From: Nitrospira sp. CR1.3
GTDB lineage: Bacteria; Nitrospirota; Nitrospiria; Nitrospirales; Nitrospiraceae
DNA: 32,000 bases
Assembly (NCBI GenBank): GCA_014055525.1
Contig: WIAH01000006.1
Span: 38,104-70,103, forward strand
Reading direction: 5' to 3'
A program made the translations under genes and the position numbers. The notes beneath the pieces are model-generated. The model was not told the DNA's origin. It ran no database searches and was given only the letters and a program-made list of their open reading frames with translations. Each line of letters begins with the position of its first letter. Within the stretch, counting starts at the first letter, position 1. This document shows, piece by piece, positions 25,252-32,000 of the stretch.

Positions 25252-27216
25252 ATGAAGCATGACGAAGAGAGTTGCAATAAGTCGAAAAATGAGACATTTC
25301 AAGATGTGTTGGATGCCCGTATGTCCAGGCGAGGGCTGCTCAGCGGCGGCTTGGCTGCGGCCGCCTTTCTGTCACTGGGAGGAGTCGAGGCGCTCTTGAG
25401 AGCGGTTCCTGCGGCCGCCGGGGAGCAGAAGCGGCCGCTTCTCGGGTTTCAAGGTATCTCGGTGTCGGATGCCGATGCGGTGGTAGTGCCGCAGGGATAC
25501 ACCGCTGAAGTCCTGATTGCTTGGGGCGACCCGGTATCAAACGGCCCGGCCTTCAAGCAGGACGCCGGCAACAGCGCCGCTGATCAGGCGCTGCAATGGG
25601 GCATGCACAATGATGGACTGGTGTACTTTCCCATCCTGGGGTCTCAGCGAGGACTGCTCGTACAGAACAACGAATACACGGATGACGGCCTGTTGTTTCC
25701 GGACGGCGTGGCCAATTGGAGCCAGGAAAAAACGAACAAGTCGCTCAACGCGCATGGTGTGTCGATCATCGAAGTCACGAAGCGAAGCGGTTTCCCGTGG
25801 GATCGCAAGCGAAGACGCGGCGAATGGGACGTCGTGCGCCCTTCGCCGTTCGCCCGGCGAATCACCGGCATGACGCCGATCGCCATCGGGGGGCCGGCCG
25901 CCGGTGATCCAAGGCTGGCGACCAGCGCGGATCCGACCGGCACGCGAGTGCTCGGCACGCTGAACAATTGCGCCATGGGGGTTACGCCTTGGGGCACGTA
26001 CCTCGCCTGTGAAGAGAACTTCAACGGCTATTTCCGGAAGAACGGCCCGCAGACGCCGCTGGAAAAGCGGTACGGCATCACCGCGGCCGGCTTCGGCTAT
26101 CTGTGGCACCAGACGGATTTGCGATTCCAGACCGATGCGGAACCGAATGAGCCGAACCGGTTCGGTTGGGTGGTCGAGATCGATCCGTTCAGACCCAACT
26201 CAACGCCGGTCAAGCGCACCGCGCTCGGTCGCCTCAAGCATGAAGGCGCCTGGGTGCAGGAGACGAGAGACGACAAGGTTGTTGTGTACATGGGCGATGA
26301 CGAGCGGAACGAGTACATCTATCGCTACGTGTCGAATCAGCCATGGCGTGAGGCCCGGCGGCGGGGAATCAGTCCTCTCGACGACGGCATTCTGTACGTG
26401 GCCAAATTCAAGGCCGACGGAACCGGCGAATGGTTGCCGCTCACGCCAGCGAATCCGGCCTTGGCCGGATGGTCGCTGAACGACATTCTGATCAACACCC
26501 GCGGCGCCGCTGACGCGGCGGGCGCGACCATGATGGACCGTCCCGAATGGATCGATACGTTCCCTGAGTCGCTCACCGCGATCGCGACGCTGACCAACAA
26601 CAACCGCCGCGGCAGCAGCCCTCCGTCGGTCAACAATCCGGATGGGACCACCGCGGCCGGGTCCGCGCGGCCGCCGGTTGACGCGGCGAATCCACGCGCG
26701 ATCAACAACTACGGCCATATCATCCGGTGGTACTACGCGAGCGACTTCTCGGAGCCGACCTTCGGATGGGACATCTTCGCCCTTTGCGGCGACCCGGCCA
26801 ATGCGGCTCACGGTTCCACGATCATCGGGGACAAATACGGCTCGCCTGACGGCATCTATGTCGCGCCCAGCGGCCGTCTGTGGATTCAGACCGATGTCTC
26901 GACCTCGACGATCAACGCGGGGGCCTATGCCGGTTTCGGCAATAATCAGATGCTCTGCGCCGATCCCACCACGCGGGAGACGAGGCGGTTTCTGGTCGGT
27001 CCCAAGCAGTGCGAGATCACCGGCGCATTTCTCACGCCCGACGAGAAGACCATGTTCGTGGGTATCCAGCATCCGGGCGAGCGTCCCGACGATCTGCCGG
27101 GCAACCCGGCCAATCCGAAGGAATTCAGCTCCTGGCCGGACGGCGCAGCCGGCGGGAGGCCTCGCTCATCCTGCATCGTGATCACGAAAGACGACGGCGG
27201 GCAGATCGGCAGTTGA
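25252..27216 (+). CDS. phoX: PhoX-like phosphatase (DUF839 family), Tat-exported
   Basis: Twin-arginine signal MSRRGLLSGGLAAAAFLSLGG; LGFQGISVSDADAVVVPQGYTAEVLIAWGDP..., NNCAMGVTPWGTYLACEENFNGYF, GRLKHEGAWVQ..., DKVVVYMGDDERNEYIYRYVS. ATG at 25252 follows GGAGAG. Confidence 0.88.
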   Translation: MKHDEESCNKSKNETFQDVLDARMSRRGLLSGGLAAAAFLSLGGVEALLRAVPAAAGEQKRPLLGFQGISVSDADAVVVPQGYTAEVLIAWGDPVSNGPAFKQDAGNSAADQALQWGMHNDGLVYFPILGSQRGLLVQNNEYTDDGLLFPDGVANWSQEKTNKSLNAHGVSIIEVTKRSGFPWDRKRRRGEWDVVRPSPFARRITGMTPIAIGGPAAGDPRLATSADPTGTRVLGTLNNCAMGVTPWGTYLACEENFNGYFRKNGPQTPLEKRYGITAAGFGYLWHQTDLRFQTDAEPNEPNRFGWVVEIDPFRPNSTPVKRTALGRLKHEGAWVQETRDDKVVVYMGDDERNEYIYRYVSNQPWREARRRGISPLDDGILYVAKFKADGTGEWLPLTPANPALAGWSLNDILINTRGAADAAGATMMDRPEWIDTFPESLTAIATLTNNNRRGSSPPSVNNPDGTTAAGSARPPVDAANPRAINNYGHIIRWYYASDFSEPTFGWDIFALCGDPANAAHGSTIIGDKYGSPDGIYVAPSGRLWIQTDVSTSTINAGAYAGFGNNQMLCADPTTRETRRFLVGPKQCEITGAFLTPDEKTMFVGIQHPGERPDDLPGNPANPKEFSSWPDGAAGGRPRSSCIVITKDDGGQIGS

Positions 27217-27274
27217 GTCTAGGTTCAAAAAGCGGCGTGCGCGCCTGTGATCCAGACGCGCACGCCAAGCCGTC

Positions 27275-27598
27275 ATGATGCGGGCGACTTTCAATTCCTA
27301 CTTCGTCACTCCCCTGTTCGATCCATCGCTCGTGTCCCGGCGGCATGCGCTGGTGACCAATCTCTTGAAGGAAGTGGTGGAGATCCGTGAACTAAGTGAC
27401 GGGTACGCGTTCAGATGTAGCTGTTCCGATCCGGCGACGCAGCGCATGGCGGACTATATCCTGTTTGAGAGTGAACATTCGCCGGGGCTCACATTCGAGA
27501 TCGTGGTTGAAGCGGACCGCCGCGCATGCTGGTTACAGGTTCGCAACGACGTGATGGGTGGGCTTCCAGGCTCTGAGCTGAGATCGGCTCCGTGTTGA
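27275..27598 (+). CDS. Hypothetical protein (107 aa)
   Basis: MMRATFNSYFVTPLFDPSLVSRRHALVTNLLKEVVEIRELSDGYAFRCSCSD...; no confident family. Confidence 0.5.
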   Translation: MMRATFNSYFVTPLFDPSLVSRRHALVTNLLKEVVEIRELSDGYAFRCSCSDPATQRMADYILFESEHSPGLTFEIVVEADRRACWLQVRNDVMGGLPGSELRSAPC

Positions 27599-27694
27599 CT
27601 TTTCGATTAGAGCGGTTCAGGGTGGTGTTCGCGCAATTCTTCGCACACCGAGCGACTTAGAAATCTGATTACTCAACTTATGGAGGAGGGGAGG

Positions 27695-28489
27695 ATGCCA
27701 TCAATGAGATACGTCGCGATCGTTATGGCGCTGATTGCTCTGGGACTCGACGGGATCGTTCTGCCTGGCGCTTCGGCGATGGAGCGTGACAAACTCCTCA
27801 GCGATCCCGGTGTATATGGCACCTTTGCCGCGTTTCAGATCGACGATGAATGGAGACGATTGGATCAGAAGACAAGACAGGCGCATCTTAGCGCCCTGAA
27901 AGGGGTGGTGGAACGGCACAAAGACAAGCTGGCGATCGACACGTACCTGCTTAGGGGACTGTCGGATCATGCGGACTTCTTGTTCCGTCTCCACAGTACG
28001 GATTTAAAGGACAATCAGCAGTTTCTGGTGGATGTCCTGGCCACGCCGTTCGGTCAGTACCTGTCGAGCCAGACCATTTTTAACGGGATGTCCAAGAAGG
28101 CCAATTACGTTCCAGGATTTCCTGACCAGATGAAGGCCGACCTGAAGGTGCCGAGCGATAGCGGCACCTACGTCGCCGTCATCCCGATTCGCAAAGATGC
28201 CGATTGGTGGATGCTGCCTCAGGACAAGCGCCAGGCCATGATGCAAGAACATACGGAAGCGGCCCTGCCCTATCACAAGACCGTCAAGCGCAAACTGTAT
28301 CACTCAACGGGCCTCGATGACTTCGACTTCATTACGTATTTCGAGACGGCCAGGCCGGAGGATCTTCACAGTCTCATTCTGGCCTTGAGCAAAGTGAAGG
28401 AGGCGCATCACAACAAGCGGTTCGGTCATCCCACTCTCGTGGGAACCATCCGGTCGCTCGATCAGTTGATCGAGGTGTTTGGGCAGTGA
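27695..28489 (+). CDS. cld: Chlorite dismutase, exported
   Basis: Signal peptide, then ERDKLLSDPGVYGTFAAFQIDDEWRRLDQ...DTYLLRGLSDHADFLFRLHS...VAVIPIRKDADWWMLPQDKRQAMMQEHTEAALPYHKTVKRKLYHSTGLDDFDFITYFET...NKRFGHPTLVGT. Start chosen at 27695 after GGAGGAGGGGAGG. Confidence 0.93.
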   Translation: MPSMRYVAIVMALIALGLDGIVLPGASAMERDKLLSDPGVYGTFAAFQIDDEWRRLDQKTRQAHLSALKGVVERHKDKLAIDTYLLRGLSDHADFLFRLHSTDLKDNQQFLVDVLATPFGQYLSSQTIFNGMSKKANYVPGFPDQMKADLKVPSDSGTYVAVIPIRKDADWWMLPQDKRQAMMQEHTEAALPYHKTVKRKLYHSTGLDDFDFITYFETARPEDLHSLILALSKVKEAHHNKRFGHPTLVGTIRSLDQLIEVFGQ

Positions 28490-28502
28490 CCTGTCCGGTC
28501 AA

Positions 28503-28727
28503 TCAACGCTCCTCTACGGCGACGGATCCGTATCGCCTCCACCGCGTGTCGTTGTACACTGGTGTACGAGATCGTGTCGGTCTCAACTGGTGTTGATGGC
28601 GCCGGTGAAGTAGGATCTTCGGATCGATGACATCTCCGCAGTGCAGACAACGATAAGCCAGGACTCTCATTCCGCCGTCCTGCATGACTTCCGGTACTTT
28701 CAACCCTCTACATCGGACGCACTGCAT
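28503..28727 (-). CDS. Small double-CxxC zinc-ribbon protein
   Basis: MQCVRCRGLKVPEVMQDGGMRVLAYRCLHCGDVIDPKILLHRR; internal ATG at 28727 preceded by GGAAGGGGGG. Confidence 0.65.
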   Translation of the reverse strand: MQCVRCRGLKVPEVMQDGGMRVLAYRCLHCGDVIDPKILLHRRHQHQLRPTRSRTPVYNDTRWRRYGSVAVEER

Positions 28728-28782
28728 GGTCCCCCCCTTCCTTGTGCTTCTGATGGTGTCTGAACATTGACCGTGCACACTC

Positions 28783-29232
28783 CTACGCATGCGAATGCTG
28801 GAGGCTTTTTGTCAACCTTCCTCTGGATTCGTCGACGGCCTGGCAGGGAACGCAGTACGAGGCTGCGGGTTGGACTTTCAACCTCGCGAAGGGAATTTCC
28901 TGTTCGCACCGGAGACACAGGCCGTATCGCCGCTGCTCCATTCGCTCAAGCGCGACGTCAATCTGACGGAGCTTCTCCCGCGAGCGCTCCTTGACCAGCA
29001 ATGACAGTTCCTGTTCCTGCTCGGCCGACGCTTGATCGAGCGGATCGGAGAGCAATGCCGCATCACCGGCTTGAATCAGTTCGTGAATTGTCGTCTGGAT
29101 CAGCGATCGTCGCTGGTGTTGTAGCTCCAGCCACAGATTTCGGTACAACGCTTTTGTCCGGTCAGGAAGGCGGGGACGAAACATCGGCTCAAGTGGAAGT
29201 GTGTTGGGCATGTGAGCGGTGAATCGCGTCAT
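28783..29232 (-). CDS. DksA/TraR-family C4 zinc-finger protein
   Basis: MTRFTAHMPNTLP...REKLRQIDVALERMEQRRYGLCLRCEQEIPFARLKVQPAASYCVPCQ. The track ORF starts at 29283; 29232 has an upstream GGAGGAG. Confidence 0.88.
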   Translation of the reverse strand: MTRFTAHMPNTLPLEPMFRPRLPDRTKALYRNLWLELQHQRRSLIQTTIHELIQAGDAALLSDPLDQASAEQEQELSLLVKERSREKLRQIDVALERMEQRRYGLCLRCEQEIPFARLKVQPAASYCVPCQAVDESRGRLTKSLQHSHA

Positions 29233-29298
29233 GAGCACTCCCTCCTTTGCTTCATGTGGTGAAGTGTAACGGTCGCAAAGCACCAGGCAATCAGGATG

Positions 29299-29316
29299 CT
29301 GTCAAATCTCTGTAAC
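29299..29316 (+). promoter_or_regulatory. Candidate Pho-box-like direct repeat
   Basis: CTGTCAA-ATCT-CTGTAAC: 7+4+7 architecture, close to the E. coli Pho box consensus CTGTCATAWAWCTGTCAY (15/18 by hand). Upstream of the DksA/TraR gene. Confidence 0.4.
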
Positions 29317-29449
29317 GGGCTCCGGGAGAGGGTATCGTGGCAGGAGAGAGGCTTTGCTACCGTCGAGAGAGTCATTCGTGCGTAGGAAGCGGGAAAGTTA
29401 ACCGGTCTGTAACATGCCCTTATCGCAATCGTAATGGCGGTAAGCGACG

Positions 29450-29848
29450 ATGCGACTCATGGGTATCGTTGAGATCTCGAGGGTCCCGCTGGCGATCCTC
29501 GTCGTCGGTCTGGTTCTCCTGCCGACTGCCTGCACGAATCCTCACCAGTACATCGATGTCACCTGCGCCAAAATGCCCGGCGACACGGTGCTTGACCGGG
29601 AAGCGGCGATTCAGTGCCAGACGTTCCGTCAGGCTGAAGCAGCAACCGCGACGTATAATGAGGCGACGCTGCTGGTGAAGTCCTACCGCGCTTGTCTGGA
29701 AAAATATGAGCAGACGCCCGCCCGAGCGAAGGAATACTGCGCGCAGTATCCGAAGGCCCTTCAGGAGATCGGGTTGCAAATCAAAGATCAGCCGGATTCT
29801 TCACCGAGCAGAACCACCGCAGGCGCCGCGCCGTCGCGAGCAAAGTAG
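29450..29848 (+). CDS. Hypothetical small lipoprotein
   Basis: MRLMGIVEISRVPLAILVVGLVLLPTACTNPHQYIDVTCAKMPGDTVL...; lipobox-like LPTAC. Confidence 0.65.
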   Translation: MRLMGIVEISRVPLAILVVGLVLLPTACTNPHQYIDVTCAKMPGDTVLDREAAIQCQTFRQAEAATATYNEATLLVKSYRACLEKYEQTPARAKEYCAQYPKALQEIGLQIKDQPDSSPSRTTAGAAPSRAK

Positions 29849-29883
29849 CCTCGGTCCGTTGCAGGCAAGCCCCACGCTCTCGA

Positions 29884-30171
29884 TCAGTGCTCGCAATCCG
29901 TCGCGAAAGACTCACAGTGCCAGTCAGCCTGCTCTTCGTCCATCGGAGACGGAATCAATGGGGACGTTCTGTTCTTGAGGATGACGCCGTCGACGATTTC
30001 TCCGCACAGGAGACAGCGCCATCCGAGGGAACTGAGCCCGATGTCGCGAAACGCTTCAGGAATGATGAATCCCCCGCACCTTGTGCAACCGGTCACTGGT
30101 TCCACCGCCCACCTCCCTGGTTGAGGCTGTCCGAGCCATCTCCATCGGATGAGATGTCTTGGTGCCCTCAC
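29884..30171 (-). CDS. Small double-CxxC zinc-ribbon protein (related to 28503..28727)
   Basis: TGCTRCGGFIIPEAFRDIGLSSLGWRCLLCGEIVDGVILKNR; the true start may be internal. Confidence 0.6.
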   Translation of the reverse strand: MRAPRHLIRWRWLGQPQPGRWAVEPVTGCTRCGGFIIPEAFRDIGLSSLGWRCLLCGEIVDGVILKNRTSPLIPSPMDEEQADWHCESFATDCEH

Positions 30172-30268
30172 TATATAATTGAGCGACGTTACAGAACGCG
30201 AAGTGGATCGTTAAGATCGAGAAAAACTCTTGCGGCGGCATGTCGCGAAAAGGATGAATGGAGGTCGG

Positions 30269-30583
30269 TTAGTTCAGGGCTTTCGATTCCGGGTGGTCTT
30301 GGGGGCAGTCCCGTCGGTCCCACTGACGCAGCTCGTCTTCTGGATCAAAGGTGAGTGTGTACGTCGCGCAATCCGATCCTTTACCCTGAAAATCATACTC
30401 CCATACGGTGTCGCCGTTCCTGATTCGCTTCAATCGCTGCGGGTAGCCGAATTTGTGAATCAATTCCTGCTGAGTGGTCTGTCGGAGAGCGTCTTCCATG
30501 TACTCAACGCGGTAGGGGCCACAGGAACTCAGAGCAGCTGCGATGCCGGCGATCGCGAGAAGGAGGAGCGTTGGGCGAATCAT
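30269..30583 (-). CDS. Hypothetical small lipoprotein
   Basis: MIRPTLLLLAIAGIAAALSSCGPYRVEYMEDALRQTTQQELIHKFGYPQRLKRIRNGDTVWEYDF; lipobox-like LSSC. Confidence 0.65.
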   Translation of the reverse strand: MIRPTLLLLAIAGIAAALSSCGPYRVEYMEDALRQTTQQELIHKFGYPQRLKRIRNGDTVWEYDFQGKGSDCATYTLTFDPEDELRQWDRRDCPQDHPESKALN

Positions 30584-30616
30584 CTGATGGAAGCATGCCG
30601 GAATTGTTCGGCTAAC

Positions 30617-31444
30617 TCAAGCCGCGGCAGAGCAATCGTCCGGTCTATCGAGCGATGATGCGGCCTGGTTCGGGGCGAGAAGCTGCGACCCGGCGCTGAG
30701 CTTCGACAGGATCGCAGCGCGGGTCCTCTGCGCCAGTTCATGGCGGTCGTGTCGAGAACCAGCTAGGGCAGGGATGAAATGGAGGTCCATGTGCAAAGCT
30801 GGTTGGCTCAGGACCTGCCACGTGGACCCGACCAAGGTTTGCTCTCCGACAAATGCGGCGATCGCGGCCGGCTGTCCATCGGAGGTGTGATAGCGGAGGG
30901 CCACGGGCCACACGAGGGAGTGGCTGGTGACGGCCGGTTCGAGCAGGCCGGAATGAAAGCGAAGAACCGTGCGGCCGTCGGAGGTCGTTCCTTCCGGGAA
31001 AATCGCCACACATTCACCCCGCTTCAATGCCGCCTGTAACGACCGGTTGACTTGGATCAACTGTCCGGGATGCCGGCGTCGGAGAAACAGCGTGCCGGTT
31101 CGCGCAGCCAGCCAGCCGATGACCGGCCAGGCGCGCACCTCGGATTTGGCCACGAACCGGACCCTCTTGACGGCGTTGAGCGCCAGGATATCCAGCCAGG
31201 AGACATGATTGGCCACGAACATCACGGCGGTCGCCTCCGGTGGCGGGGCGTCGCCCCTGATCCGGACGTGTACGTTCAGAATGCGCAGACAGTCGAGCGA
31301 CCACCGGCGTATGAGGACATCTCGTTCCTTCGGTTTGGCGTAGGGAAACAGGATGGCCACAATGAGCACGCCCTTGGCGACGTGCCACATGAGACCGAGC
31401 GCGCGGATCGGAGTGATCAGGCCGCGGACGATTCGGTCAGACAT
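30617..31444 (-). CDS. olsA: Lysophospholipid acyltransferase family protein (PlsC-like; OlsA candidate)
   Basis: Acyltransferase motifs FVANHVSWLDIL and AIFPEGTTSDG. Start at 31444 (MSDRIVRGLITPIRALG) overlaps the end of the OlsB-like ORF; the track ORF from 31846 is overextended. Confidence 0.82.
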   Translation of the reverse strand: MSDRIVRGLITPIRALGLMWHVAKGVLIVAILFPYAKPKERDVLIRRWSLDCLRILNVHVRIRGDAPPPEATAVMFVANHVSWLDILALNAVKRVRFVAKSEVRAWPVIGWLAARTGTLFLRRRHPGQLIQVNRSLQAALKRGECVAIFPEGTTSDGRTVLRFHSGLLEPAVTSHSLVWPVALRYHTSDGQPAAIAAFVGEQTLVGSTWQVLSQPALHMDLHFIPALAGSRHDRHELAQRTRAAILSKLSAGSQLLAPNQAASSLDRPDDCSAAA

Positions 31445-32000
31445 GGTCGCCCCATAAAATGCCGCGCATATCGCGGATTCATGCGTGAGAGCGGAAGGAG
31501 CATCAGCAGGTCGGCGGAATTGAATTGCCGGTCCCAGGCCGGTGCCCCGCAGACGTAGGCTCCCAGTCTCACATAGCCTTTGATGAGCGGGGGTAAGGCT
31601 CCTATGGCCAGCGGATCGGCCGCTATAAACGGAAAGGGGACCCTGGGATATACGCGCCAATGGTCCGGACTGAGACAGCGATCCTTCAAACTGCGATATG
31701 CCGCGCTCGCCGTGCGTCCGCCGTCGTCCAGTTGGATACTCGCGCAGCCCATCAGGTACTCGTAACCGCGCGTCATCATGTATTGAGCGAGGCCGGACCA
31801 CAGTAATGTGATGACGGACCCTTGCCGATAGTCCTGACGAATGCACGATCGTCCGACTTCGACGAGTCGCGGTACCAATGGCTTGAGCCTGCTGAGGTCG
31901 AATTCGGACTCCGAATAGAACGCTCCGAATTCCTTGGCTCTCCAGGAGGTGAGAATCCGATAGGTGCCCACGACTTCGTCTCTTGTCGAATCCTTGACGA
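31417..32000 (-). CDS. olsB: OlsB-like ornithine N-acyltransferase, GNAT/hemolysin-like family (partial, N-terminus beyond right edge)
   Basis: VKDSTRDEVVGTYRILTSWRAKEFGAFYSESEFDLSRL...LVEVGRSCIRQDYRQGSVITLLWSGLAQYMMTRGYEYLMGCASI. The frame stays open to position 32000. Confidence 0.85.
   Translation of the reverse strand, partial: VKDSTRDEVVGTYRILTSWRAKEFGAFYSESEFDLSRLKPLVPRLVEVGRSCIRQDYRQGSVITLLWSGLAQYMMTRGYEYLMGCASIQLDDGGRTASAAYRSLKDRCLSPDHWRVYPRVPFPFIAADPLAIGALPPLIKGYVRLGAYVCGAPAWDRQFNSADLLMLLPLSRMNPRYARHFMGRPCLTESSAA

Noticed and set aside
1-32000. Defence island, secondary-metabolite cluster, prophage or transposon
   Set aside because: No integrase, transposase, restriction-modification, Cas, NRPS/PKS or phage structural genes are recognisable. 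Only a possible HNH_repeat remnant hints at mobility.

Overview
This is a protein-dense, GC-rich 32 kb window. It resembles a Nitrospira-type chromosome, judging mainly from a chlorite dismutase that looks like the Nitrospira enzyme; that taxonomic call is inference. I saw no rRNA, tRNA, CRISPR array, prophage or IS element. Many genes share a phosphate / phosphorus-sparing theme: a truncated PstS-like protein at the left edge, a CHAD protein, an orphan PhoB-like regulator with a degenerate receiver, a Pit transporter, methylglyoxal synthase, a PhoX-like phosphatase, an Agt-like GT4, a PlcP/LpxH-like metallophosphoesterase, and an OlsB-OlsA pair (ornithine lipid synthesis) at the right edge. 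The most unusual genes are (1) a predicted exported lipoprotein with about 12-13 ankyrin repeats fused to a PstS-type phosphate-binding domain (9438..11780, -), and (2) a 777-aa fusion of a class-III PLP aminotransferase with a C-terminal DUF962/Mpo1-like membrane domain (17231..19564, -), overlapping a PEMT-like methyltransferase gene and following the metallophosphoesterase gene. Several intergenic regions carry related sequences built on GTTAC / CTGTAAC, often with 11-bp direct-repeat phasing that resembles Pho boxes. I propose a candidate phosphate-limitation and lipid-remodelling gene neighbourhood. Regulation and function are untested.
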